The notes under the pieces: generated by a model
The model's database searches: none
What the model was told of the DNA's origin: nothing
What the model saw: the letters and a program-made list of their open reading frames with translations, nothing else
Source: Pyrobaculum sp.
Lineage (GTDB): Archaea; Thermoproteota; Thermoprotei; Thermoproteales; Thermoproteaceae
Direction: 5' to 3'
DNA: 64,000 nucleotides
Assembly (NCBI GenBank): GCA_041287325.1
Contig: JBEULK010000076.1
Location: 2,852 to 66,851 of the forward strand
Shown here: positions 45,683 to 54,439 of the stretch, in pieces
Layout: each line of letters begins with the position of its first letter
Position numbering within the stretch: the first letter of the stretch is position 1
Translations under genes and position numbers: made by a program

Positions 45683-46761
45683 TGGCGCTCCTCGTCGCCG
45701 GCTACGCGGCGCTTCGCGTCGTGGTCAGGTTTGTATACGTAGACTTGGTGTACATATCTGCGTTGGCCTACCTTGCCTATTCGCTAGGGCGGCTTGACTT
45801 GGCGGCTTTCTCCTCAGTATACATCCTCGCCACGGTCATGGTGGCCAAGGGCAAGTTTACAGGTCAGGCAGGAATGGCGTCTGCGCTGTCTTACACCGGG
45901 GCCATCTTAATCTCATCAGGGCTTCCTCATCTACAAGCGCTGGGCTTCGCCATGGCCACCATGGCCCCCGCCTTGTTGCTAGTCACTGAGGCAGACAGGG
46001 GGTCGCTGGAGGGGCTCTTCCGCTACCTGGTCATATCCACCGTCGTCACCAACTTCTTAATAATCGGACTGTCAACCAGGGGCGGGACTTTCGGCGAGTT
46101 TTTCATACTCATGGCAGTGATCGCAGAGATGGGGGCCGCGCCCCTCTACGTGTGGGTTGTAGACGTCTACGGCAGGTCTAGCCCCGCCGGCCTCGCGGCC
46201 CTGGCCAGCCTCCCCAAGCTAGCCGCCGGCTTTGTCTTAATGTACGTAGCCCCCGAGCTCCCGCCCGCGGCTTTCTACGCAGTAGGCGCCGTGTCCATGT
46301 TGCTAGGCAACCTAGGCGCCCTTACCAGCGGAGATTTGAGAAGAGTGTTGGCGTACTCCACGGTGGCGCACGCTGGCTTTGCCCTCTTTGCCTACCCCCT
46401 GTCGCCAGCCGTCTCAGTGTTGCTCATCTTAGCAGACGCCGTGGGGAAGATGGCTTTGTTTAGCCACCTCTCGGCGGGGTCTGCCAGGTGGCCAGCCGTG
46501 GTTATGGCTATGAACCAGATAGGGATTCCTCCTGCCCTTGGCTTTTGGCCAAAGTTGTTAATTATAGTTCTAACTGCACAGCACCTAGGCCCAGTTGCCG
46601 CCGCCTATTTGCTGGGAAACGTCGTGCTCTCCGTGCCGTATTACTTTAGAGTAGCCCGCGATCTGCCCGAGGGGGCGCTCCGGTTTCCGGCGGCGGTTGC
46701 TGTATTTACAACAGTGGCTGGCGCGGCGGCTCCTCTGTGGCTGGCCGCGGTTCTTTCTTAA
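45670..46761 (+). CDS. nuoN: complex-I antiporter-like subunit N
   Basis: 363 aa. APLYVWVVDVYGRSSPAGLAALASLPKLA (NuoN/ND2-like). Short for the family. Confidence 0.72.
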   Translation: MDLLVALLVAGYAALRVVVRFVYVDLVYISALAYLAYSLGRLDLAAFSSVYILATVMVAKGKFTGQAGMASALSYTGAILISSGLPHLQALGFAMATMAPALLLVTEADRGSLEGLFRYLVISTVVTNFLIIGLSTRGGTFGEFFILMAVIAEMGAAPLYVWVVDVYGRSSPAGLAALASLPKLAAGFVLMYVAPELPPAAFYAVGAVSMLLGNLGALTSGDLRRVLAYSTVAHAGFALFAYPLSPAVSVLLILADAVGKMALFSHLSAGSARWPAVVMAMNQIGIPPALGFWPKLLIIVLTAQHLGPVAAAYLLGNVVLSVPYYFRVARDLPEGALRFPAAVAVFTTVAGAAAPLWLAAVLS

Positions 46762-46831
46762 TCTATCATTATATTAAGTTAAAGTTTTTCCAAACCTCTA
46801 TTTACATGAACATTTCTAGTCCATAGAGAAA

Positions 46832-46842
46832 CTTAAATATTA
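46832..46842 (+). promoter_or_regulatory. TATA-like box for the por operon
   Basis: CTTAAATATTA, centred about 22 nt upstream of the ATG at 46859, inside the 91-nt spacer after nuoN. Confidence 0.45.
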
Positions 46843-46858
46843 CATTCCACGTGTGTAC

Positions 46859-47797
46859 ATGCGAGTGGAGACGGTTTGGATTGGCAGAGGGGGGCAGGGA
46901 ATCGTCACGGCTACTTACATAATCGCTGATGCCACTATTTTCGACGGTTTTTACGCTATTGCAAACCCCGAGTTCGGGGCGGAGAGGAGAGGCGCCCCGG
47001 TCAAGGCGTTTTTAACAATTAGTAAAAACCCAATCGAGGACCAGGAACCTGTTAAGACGCCCGACGTGGTGGTGGTTTTTGACGACAAGTTAATTAATAG
47101 CATGAGGTTTGTCATAGATGCAGTAAAGCCAGGTGGGTACGTTATTATAAACACAGGTAAGCCCGTCGAGGAGGCGGTAAATCTCGTGGGCCGCGACGAT
47201 GTGAACATCGTGGTGGTGGACGCCATATCCATTGCGCGGAAGCACGTAAAACTAGACGTGCCGAATGGCCCCTTGTCAGGTGCTTTTTCTAAGGTGATGG
47301 GCTTCCCCCGGCTGGAGTCTATAAAACAGGCTCTTGAAAACCAGCTTGGCAAAGCAGTAGAAGAAAACTACGCGGCGGTGAAAGAGGCGTACGAAGTGGC
47401 CAAGGTGGTGCCTGCGAGGAGGGTAGACGCCGCCGCGAAGCCAAAGGGCATTATATCAACCACCTCCGCCTTCTTGACGGGGCCTTACGAGGTTGTGGGC
47501 TGGCACGAGGTGAATAAGGCCGGTGCAGTTTACCCAGGAACAAGTCTCCTCTACACCACGGGAGGGTGGCGTATTGAAAAGCCTGTGATCGAACACTCGA
47601 AGTGTATTATGTGTAGGAAGTGCTGGCTTTACTGCCCAGACGACGCCGTAATTGAGGCGTGGAAAGAGGTAGAGGGGCCTAGGGGCAGGAGGCTGAGGAT
47701 GAAGTTCATCGACTTTGACTACGCCTACTGCAAGGGGTGTGGAATCTGTGCAGAAGTGTGCCCAACGGGGGCAATACAAATGGTGAGAGAAATATGA
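46859..47797 (+). CDS. porG: 2-oxoacid:ferredoxin oxidoreductase gamma-delta fusion subunit
   Basis: Gamma part (IGRGGQGIVTA..FGAERRGAP), and a C-terminal delta part with two 4Fe-4S motifs (CIMCRKCWLYCP, CKGCGICAEVCP). Confidence 0.85.
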   Translation: MRVETVWIGRGGQGIVTATYIIADATIFDGFYAIANPEFGAERRGAPVKAFLTISKNPIEDQEPVKTPDVVVVFDDKLINSMRFVIDAVKPGGYVIINTGKPVEEAVNLVGRDDVNIVVVDAISIARKHVKLDVPNGPLSGAFSKVMGFPRLESIKQALENQLGKAVEENYAAVKEAYEVAKVVPARRVDAAAKPKGIISTTSAFLTGPYEVVGWHEVNKAGAVYPGTSLLYTTGGWRIEKPVIEHSKCIMCRKCWLYCPDDAVIEAWKEVEGPRGRRLRMKFIDFDYAYCKGCGICAEVCPTGAIQMVREI

Positions 47798-49002
47798 CGG
47801 CGCAGGTCCTAGCCCCAAAAGAGCGCAAAATTGCACAACGACGCATAGCGCTCACCGGAAATCATGCAGTGGCGCTGGCCGTCAAGATGTGTAGGCCAGA
47901 GGTTGTGGCGGCATACCCAATCACGCCGCAGACTCAAGTAGTGGAGAAACTAGCCGAATATGTCAACAACGGCGAGCTTGCCGCCGAGTACATCACGGCA
48001 GAGAGCGAACATTCGGCGATATCGGCAGTCATAGGGGCCTCCGCGGCAGGCGCCCGTGTTTTCACCGAGACGGCATCGCAAGGGCTCTTCCATATGTACG
48101 AAAACCTGCCCATAGCTGTCGGCTTGAGGCTACCTATAGTCATGGGCGTGGCTGCGAGGACTATGTCGGCGCCTATAAACGTCTGGGGCGAGTACAGCGA
48201 TGTGATGGCTATGAGAGAGCTGGGTTGGATAATCTACATCGCCCAGACAGCCCAGGAGGCCTTCGACACGATAATTCAAGCATATCGAGTGGCGGAGGAC
48301 TCTAGAGTCCACTTGCCCGTATTAGTAGCGTACGACGGCTTCTGGACAAGCCACGTCTTACAGCCGCTTGACGTGCCCGAAGACGAAGAAGACGTCATAA
48401 GGTTTGCCCCAATTACGAGGAATTGGGTTAAGCTAGACGTGGACAACCCAGCTCAGCTGGGGGCGGTGGGCACGCCGGAGTGGTACTGGGAGATTAGGTG
48501 GCAGGCAGTAGAGGCGCTTAGAAGCTCTGTCAAAGTAATTGAAGAAGTTGACGCGGAGTTTGGCAAGTGGTTTGGCCGTAGCTACGGCTTGGCGACGCCG
48601 TACAGGCTCGAAGACGCCGAGTTGGCAATTGTGACATACGGCTCGATCTTCGGCATGGTGAAGAAGGTGGTAGACAAGTTGAGGTCTGAGGGCGTTAGGG
48701 CCGGGGCGCTGAGGCTTAGGGTGATAAGGCCTTGGCCAGGCGACCTCTTGAGAGAACTGCTCGGCCACGTGGACAAGGTTGCTGTAATCGATAGGGCTAT
48801 TAATCACGGCGGTCCGCTGTACGGCCCCATGGCTGTTGAAATAGCGGCTACCTTGGCGAGGCCGGTATACAACGTGTTGGCTACCATTGGGATGAGAGCC
48901 ATCGACTCAGATATGATATACGAAGCCGCTGTTAAGATATACAAAGGCCTGTGGGCTCCCAACCAGCCGTACACGGTGGGCTTGAGGGGAGGCTATGAGT
49001 GA
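47794..49002 (+). CDS. porA: 2-oxoacid:ferredoxin oxidoreductase alpha subunit
   Basis: Start taken at MTAQVL (ATG 47794, ATGA overlap with the gamma-delta stop). LTGNHAVA.., AAYPITPQT, ESEHSA. Confidence 0.9.
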   Translation: MTAQVLAPKERKIAQRRIALTGNHAVALAVKMCRPEVVAAYPITPQTQVVEKLAEYVNNGELAAEYITAESEHSAISAVIGASAAGARVFTETASQGLFHMYENLPIAVGLRLPIVMGVAARTMSAPINVWGEYSDVMAMRELGWIIYIAQTAQEAFDTIIQAYRVAEDSRVHLPVLVAYDGFWTSHVLQPLDVPEDEEDVIRFAPITRNWVKLDVDNPAQLGAVGTPEWYWEIRWQAVEALRSSVKVIEEVDAEFGKWFGRSYGLATPYRLEDAELAIVTYGSIFGMVKKVVDKLRSEGVRAGALRLRVIRPWPGDLLRELLGHVDKVAVIDRAINHGGPLYGPMAVEIAATLARPVYNVLATIGMRAIDSDMIYEAAVKIYKGLWAPNQPYTVGLRGGYE

Positions 49003-50065
49003 GGTCAAGGGCAGGTTTAGGGAAAGGATATACATACGGCGTAGTCAGTTGTTGTTGCCGGGCATGAAGGCGGCAGAGGAGTACCCGGGTCTCTACGAGT
49101 ATGCAAATTTCGAGCTTCCACAAGAGGAGTTGTTCTTGCCGGGCCACGGGCTGTGCGCTAGCTGTACCATAGGAGTAATCGCGAGGCATATGTTGAAAGC
49201 GCTGGGCCCCGACACTATTGTAGTAACCGCCACTGGCTGTGCCGAGGTCTCCACTGTGGTGTACCCCCGTACAAACTGGGCTGTGCCGTGGATTCACGTA
49301 GCCTTTGGCAACGGCGGCGCGGTGGCCTCGGGCATAGAGGCTGCGATCAAGGCGCTGAAGAGGAGGGGAGTCGTAGACCCTAATAGGAAGATAAACGTGG
49401 TGGTGTTTGCAGGCGACGGCGGCACTGCGGACATCGGGTTCCAGGCCTTAAGCGGCATGTTTGAGAGGGGGCACAAGGTGATGTACGTCATGTACGACAA
49501 TGAGGGGTACATGAACACGGGCATACAACGAAGCGGCACCACGCCTCTCGGCGCCTCGGCCACGACGTCTCCAGCGGGTAAGAAGGTGCCTGGCAACATC
49601 ACCCACAAGAAGCCCATGGCGGCAATAGCGGCGGCTCACGGCATTCCCTACGTGGCCACTGCCAATCCCGCTTACGTCCACGACATGGTTTATAAGTTTA
49701 AAAAAGCGGCCGAGGTGGACGGCCCGGCGTTTATACATGTCCTCCAGTCTTGCACGCCGGGGTGGCGTTTTGAGCCGAAGTACGCCATTAGAGTGTTGGA
49801 ACTAGCCACTGAGACTGGGTACTGGGTTAACTACGAGATTGACCACGGAGAGTTTAGAGTAACTCTGCCAGTGCCTAGTAGAAAGCCGGTGAAGTGTTTC
49901 TTGCAACTACAGGGCAGGTTTAAGCACTTAAAACAAGAAGAGATAGACACAATTCAAGCCATTATTGACAGAGACGTTGAGGAGATAAACAGAGTTGTGG
50001 GCAGGGAGATTATCGGCCCCGTGGATCCCAACCTGCCTTGCATGACTCCCAGAGGTGCCCGATGA
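48995..50065 (+). CDS. porB: 2-oxoacid:ferredoxin oxidoreductase beta (TPP) subunit
   Basis: 356 aa. GHGLCASC, TGC, GDGGTADIG..., YDNEGYMNTG. 8-nt overlap with porA (ATGAGTGA). Confidence 0.9.
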   Translation: MSEVKGRFRERIYIRRSQLLLPGMKAAEEYPGLYEYANFELPQEELFLPGHGLCASCTIGVIARHMLKALGPDTIVVTATGCAEVSTVVYPRTNWAVPWIHVAFGNGGAVASGIEAAIKALKRRGVVDPNRKINVVVFAGDGGTADIGFQALSGMFERGHKVMYVMYDNEGYMNTGIQRSGTTPLGASATTSPAGKKVPGNITHKKPMAAIAAAHGIPYVATANPAYVHDMVYKFKKAAEVDGPAFIHVLQSCTPGWRFEPKYAIRVLELATETGYWVNYEIDHGEFRVTLPVPSRKPVKCFLQLQGRFKHLKQEEIDTIQAIIDRDVEEINRVVGREIIGPVDPNLPCMTPRGAR

Positions 50066-50460
50066 TTGCCCACTTAAAACTATTCGCGGTGGCTTTTAAA
50101 AACCTTTTCGAAAGACCGTGGACAGTCCGGTGGCCAGAGGAGAGGCGAGACTACGGCGATGGGGTACGCGGCTTTATTGTCAACGACCGGTCGAGGTGCA
50201 TATCTTGCCAGCTCTGCGAGGCGGTTTGTCCAGCAAAGGCGATAAAGTTCCACATAGAGGAGGACGGGAAGCGCTACCCGGGGATAGACTGGGGGAGGTG
50301 TATACTCTGCGGCTACTGCGTAGACGCCTGCCCCACGGGGTCTCTACGCCACACTGGACATTTGGAAATCACATGGAGCGACTTATCCACGTACAAAAAG
50401 CCGAGGGAGATGGAGCCCCAAGTGGTGAACGCCGAGGCTGGCGGCAAATCGCTGGTGTGA
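50062..50460 (+). CDS. nuoI: complex-I subunit I (2x4Fe-4S)
   Basis: Start at MIAHLKLF (ATG 50062-50064), overlapping the porB TGA (50063-50065). CISCQLCEAVCP and CILCGYCVDACP. Confidence 0.85.
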   Translation: MIAHLKLFAVAFKNLFERPWTVRWPEERRDYGDGVRGFIVNDRSRCISCQLCEAVCPAKAIKFHIEEDGKRYPGIDWGRCILCGYCVDACPTGSLRHTGHLEITWSDLSTYKKPREMEPQVVNAEAGGKSLV

Positions 50461-50466
50461 GGGGGT

Positions 50467-51438
50467 ATGGCTCTACCGCTTCGCCTAGACATAGCCGCCG
50501 CGCTGGTTTTTCCAGGCATAGCCGGCGTACTGGGCTTCTTGGTGGTGGCCATATGGGCTGAGAGGAAGCTGGTGGCTAGGGTGCAGTGGAGGTATGGCCC
50601 TCTATACGTGTCTAAGGCCCTGGGGGGCTTTCTACAGCCGCTCGCAGACTTGGTTAAGCTTGTTTTTTCAGAGCTGGTTCTGCCGAGACATACCAACCGA
50701 CTCCTGTTTGCCTTAACGCCTGTGCTCCTCTTTGTGGCTGAGGCGTTGCCGGTGGCCTTCATAGCAGCGGCGCCGGGGCTAGTCATATATCACAATTCCT
50801 ACGGCATAGTCATAGCCGCCGTGGTTTGGATGTTCTCGGCTGTGGCCCTTGTGGGCATGGCGTGGACGGAGGCCGACAAGTTCACCTACGTGGGGGCTGT
50901 GAGGGAGATTTTACTAACCGCGGCTTATGAGGTGCCTCTCCTCCTCTCTGTCTTGGCTATGGTGATTCTCTACCAGACAGCCGACCCGTTCAAGGTGGTG
51001 GAGAGCCAGCGTCTGTGGGGCATTGTGCTCAACCCACTGGCCTTCCTCGCTTTCTACATCTCCTTGATGATGTCCACTACGAGACTTCCCTTTGAGATAC
51101 CTGAGGCGGAGTCTGAGGTGGTCCTCGGCCCCTACACTGAGTACGGCTCTACCTTGTTTATCTTCTCCTTCGGCGGAGTTTACGTGAAGGTATACGCAGG
51201 GTCGTTGCTAGGAGCTGTGTTGTTCTTAGGCGGCTGGGCCCCGTTTGACGACGTCTTCCTCGGCGCAGTGGCCACGGCAGTGAAGACGGCGTTGTTTGCC
51301 ATGCCGCTGTTATTAGTCAGAGCTGTCTACCCCAGGTATAGAATAGACCAGGCGCTTAGACTCGGCTGGACAAAGCTCCTGGGCCTATCTGCCGGCGCGG
51401 TCGCCTTGTCGGCGCTGTGGGCATGGTCGCCTTGGTGA
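50467..51438 (+). CDS. nuoH: complex-I subunit H
   Basis: 323 aa. AERKLVARVQWRYGP...GGFLQPLADLVKL. GAGGGGG lies just upstream of the ATG (SD-like). Confidence 0.9.
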   Translation: MALPLRLDIAAALVFPGIAGVLGFLVVAIWAERKLVARVQWRYGPLYVSKALGGFLQPLADLVKLVFSELVLPRHTNRLLFALTPVLLFVAEALPVAFIAAAPGLVIYHNSYGIVIAAVVWMFSAVALVGMAWTEADKFTYVGAVREILLTAAYEVPLLLSVLAMVILYQTADPFKVVESQRLWGIVLNPLAFLAFYISLMMSTTRLPFEIPEAESEVVLGPYTEYGSTLFIFSFGGVYVKVYAGSLLGAVLFLGGWAPFDDVFLGAVATAVKTALFAMPLLLVRAVYPRYRIDQALRLGWTKLLGLSAGAVALSALWAWSPW

Positions 51439-51767
51439 TATTTATCGGCCTGCTCGCCGCGGCCTTGGTTCTTTTAGTAGCGGTGGGATATTTACTAGCG
51501 CCGCGGAGGAGTAGCGAGGTGAAGGAGAGGCGTTTTGAGGCTGGCAACCCCCCCTACGGCGAGGCGAAGAGGAGGCTAGTGATGCAGTACATCGGCTACA
51601 TCTACTTAGCGACGGCGATTGAAGCATTGGTAGGAATTATGATCATAGCCGCCTTGTTAGGCGTAGATGTGAAACTGCTTGCCGCCGTGGGGGGCGCCCT
51701 CGGCGCCGTCTTAGTCTTCGTCGCCAGGTATATAAAAGACGTGGCTGATGTAAAGAAGTGGAAATAG
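51423..51767 (+). CDS. nuoA: complex-I subunit A-like
   Basis: About 114 aa, three TM segments, FEAGNPPYGEA loop (compare YECG in NuoA). Overlaps the nuoH end. Confidence 0.62.
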   Translation: MVALVIFIGLLAAALVLLVAVGYLLAPRRSSEVKERRFEAGNPPYGEAKRRLVMQYIGYIYLATAIEALVGIMIIAALLGVDVKLLAAVGGALGAVLVFVARYIKDVADVKKWK

Positions 51768-51857
51768 ACAGCTGTCGAATTAGACCTACAAACAGGATGG
51801 ATTTTTAATTATATAAAATAGAAAAAAGAGTTTTAAGAGGATGATATTTATCGACTT

Positions 51858-52295
51858 ATGAAGGTTTATATGAAAAAAGCCGTGGATAAGTTGGCTAAGT
51901 GGGGCACAAAGTGGTCTCTGTGGCCTCCTCATCTTGTCACTGCTTGTTGCGGCGTTGAGTTCGCCCACGTCTTTGGCTCTGTCTACGACGCAGAGAGGTT
52001 CGGCATGTTGCCCATGGGATCTCTTAGACAAAGCAACGTTTTAGTCATCGAAGGGACAATTACAATGAAGATGGCGAAATATGTAAAATATGTATATGAG
52101 CAGATGCCCAACCCCAAGTACGTAATAGCCATGGGGGCTTGTGCCATCAAAGGTGGGGTCTTCTACGGCAGTTATCACATGGTGCCTGCCTCTAAGGTAG
52201 TCCCAGTTGATAGATACGTCTCGGGGTGTCCCCCGGCTCCCGAGGCGCTGTTGAAGTCAGTCAAAGAGTTGCAAGAGAAGATATATGCTCAGTGA
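51858..52295 (+). CDS. nuoB: complex-I subunit B (N2 cluster subunit)
   Basis: 145 aa. CCGVEF, GACAIKGG, SGCPPAPEAL. The start could instead be the ATG at 51870. Confidence 0.9.
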   Translation: MKVYMKKAVDKLAKWGTKWSLWPPHLVTACCGVEFAHVFGSVYDAERFGMLPMGSLRQSNVLVIEGTITMKMAKYVKYVYEQMPNPKYVIAMGACAIKGGVFYGSYHMVPASKVVPVDRYVSGCPPAPEALLKSVKELQEKIYAQ

Positions 52296-53505
52296 GTGGC
52301 CATTTACGGCGAGGTTTGGAGACACGTTTTTTGTAGAGAAAGAAGAAGAGTTGTTGAGGGGGAGGAGGGGCATGGTGCTGGTGGTAGGTCCGCAACACCC
52401 CGGCTCGGGCCACATGAGGTTGTTTGTGGTTCTGGAAGGCGACGTGATTGAAGACGTGTACCCAGACCCGGGCTTTGTCCACAGGGGGGTAGAAAAGCTG
52501 GCGGAGAACAGGCCCTACTGGACGCTGGTGCCTCTCGTGGAGAAGGCATCTATAATGGACAGCATGAACATCACCTACCCTGTAGTACTGGCGCTGGAAG
52601 AGGCGCTGGGCCTTGTCCCACCTCCGCGGGCGCAGTACCTGCGCCTAATAGTGGCAGAGCTGTCTAGGATTAGGACTCACCTATATGACATGGCCTTGCT
52701 GGGCATATTCCTCGGCCACTCCACGGCGTTTATGTGGGGGTTCGCCTTACAAGACTTATTTACAGAAGTTTTTGCAAAGATCACGGGGGCCCGCACCACG
52801 ATCTCATATCCAATACCGGGAGGCGTGAGAAGAGACTTTAAGCCAGAACACGTCGACACGGTCAAGCGGCTCTTAGACAAGGTGGAGGCGAAGCTGAGGG
52901 ACTTCAAGACCTTGTTCCTCGATAACCCGGTCACGAAGGCGAGGCTGGAGGGGGTGGGCGTCTTAGACGCAAAAACTGTGACTGAGCTGGGCGTGGTAGG
53001 GCCGTTTGCAAGAGCCTCAGGGGTAGACTACGACGTGAGGAAAGTACATCCGTACGACGCGTATGCAGAGCTGGGCTACGAGCCGGTGGTGGAGAAGGCA
53101 GGCGACGCGTGGGCCCGCGCCGCCGTGAGGTGGGGCGAGGTGCAAGCCTCTATTCAGCTGGTTAGGCAGGCTCTAAAAGAGTTGCCCGACGGCGACGTAA
53201 TAGACAAGGCCCTTCTGTTTAAAAACCCGGAGCACTGGAGGGGAGGCGCCTCGGGCGTTCTGGGCGTCTTTACTTACCTGTATCCAGAGCCCGGCGAGTA
53301 TTCAGGCATGGCGGAGGCTGGGCGCGGGCTTACGTATGTGCAAATCTTCGCCACGGGGGGCCAGAGGCTGTACCGCATGAGATTCGTCACTCCAAGTTGG
53401 CGTAACTTAAGGGCAATGATAGAGGCCATGAAGGGGCAGAGGCTGGCCGACATGCCGGCGGTGTACATGTCCTTTGGATACTTCCCGCCTGAGGCAGACC
53501 GATGA
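52285..53505 (+). CDS. nuoD: complex-I subunit D (49-kDa)
   Basis: 406 aa. GPQHPGSGHMRL, HRGVEKL. The hydrogenase NiFe cysteines are absent, so it is Nuo-type. No NuoC domain at the N-terminus. Confidence 0.9.
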   Translation: MLSEWPFTARFGDTFFVEKEEELLRGRRGMVLVVGPQHPGSGHMRLFVVLEGDVIEDVYPDPGFVHRGVEKLAENRPYWTLVPLVEKASIMDSMNITYPVVLALEEALGLVPPPRAQYLRLIVAELSRIRTHLYDMALLGIFLGHSTAFMWGFALQDLFTEVFAKITGARTTISYPIPGGVRRDFKPEHVDTVKRLLDKVEAKLRDFKTLFLDNPVTKARLEGVGVLDAKTVTELGVVGPFARASGVDYDVRKVHPYDAYAELGYEPVVEKAGDAWARAAVRWGEVQASIQLVRQALKELPDGDVIDKALLFKNPEHWRGGASGVLGVFTYLYPEPGEYSGMAEAGRGLTYVQIFATGGQRLYRMRFVTPSWRNLRAMIEAMKGQRLADMPAVYMSFGYFPPEADR

Positions 53506-53777
53506 TGCGCCTAAAATTAATAGACATAGAAAGCGGCCGCGAAGTAGAGGTAGAAGTGGAGAAGGAAGCCCACCCGACAAAGCTAATAGATAAGCTAAGG
53601 GAGTTAGGCGTGTTGAGCCCCCGCGAGATGGCGCTCTTAGGCACCTCGCCAGACGGCAGACGTATATACTACGTCCCCGCCGCCACTGTAGAACAGCTAG
53701 CCGCCTACCTAAGCCTGACAAAACAACTTCTATACTACAAGAAGTATCCCATTCACGGGCAACAGCATAAAAGTTAA
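53502..53777 (+). CDS. hypothetical 91-aa protein translationally coupled to nuoD
   Basis: Its ATG (53502-53504) overlaps the nuoD TGA (53503-53505). No family recognised. Confidence 0.45.
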   Translation: MMRLKLIDIESGREVEVEVEKEAHPTKLIDKLRELGVLSPREMALLGTSPDGRRIYYVPAATVEQLAAYLSLTKQLLYYKKYPIHGQQHKS

Positions 53778-53799
53778 TTTTTTTAAGGAAAGAGGCGGC

Positions 53800-54153
53800 A
53801 TGCCCTTATTGTTGAGGGCTAAGGCCCACGGATTAAGAGTAACAGGTAAGAATCTACACTACGAGGGCTCTTTAACACTAGGAAGGGACGTTATATCTGT
53901 AGTGGGCTTCCTTCCTTACGAGAAGGTAGAGGTGTACAACGTGACTAACGGTGCAAGATTTTCTACATACGTCATTGAAGGGCCCGATGGCGCGGTTGAG
54001 CTAAACGGTGCGGCGGCAAGGCTAGGGGAAGTAGGCGACATCTTAATTGTGGCGTCTTACGAATGTGTTAAAGACATACGCGACTACGTCGTGACCGTGG
54101 CAATTTTTGAAAATAACAGAGTGAAGGCTGTATACAAGAGACCAGTGCGTTGA
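53800..54153 (+). CDS. panD: pyruvoyl-dependent aspartate 1-decarboxylase
   Basis: 117 aa, collinear with bacterial PanD: LHYEGS self-cleavage site (Gly23-Ser24 at 53866-53871), NVTNGARFSTY, NGAAARLGEVGDILIVAS. Confidence 0.88.
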   Translation: MPLLLRAKAHGLRVTGKNLHYEGSLTLGRDVISVVGFLPYEKVEVYNVTNGARFSTYVIEGPDGAVELNGAAARLGEVGDILIVASYECVKDIRDYVVTVAIFENNRVKAVYKRPVR

Positions 54154-54439
54154 CATAACCACTAGGTGCAACAAGCAAGTACGATAACCGCCACTTGCCC
54201 TTCTTCGGCCCCCTGACTGTTTAAACATTAGCTGAGCCTGGCATGCCCTCAAAACGCTTTATACTTTCAGAGATTTTCGTAACCACTCCTTTGTGTCCTC
54301 TGCCCCCGAGGTCTACGCGCCGCGGTGCAACTTGTGTGTATTGATGGGCTGTTGGCGTTTAAGTGAAGTTGAGGGAGCCGCGTAAGACTTGGGATACTTC
54401 TGCGACAAGTCTAGGCGATTAGAACAGTTTTTAAACATC

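Noticed and set aside
54154-54439. The 286-nt convergent spacer between panD and ilvD as a C/D-box or other sRNA locus.
   Set aside because: CUGA words are present, but no RUGAUGA C box on either strand. Only weak hairpins (GCAAGT-N12-ACTTGC). The evidence is insufficient to call a feature.
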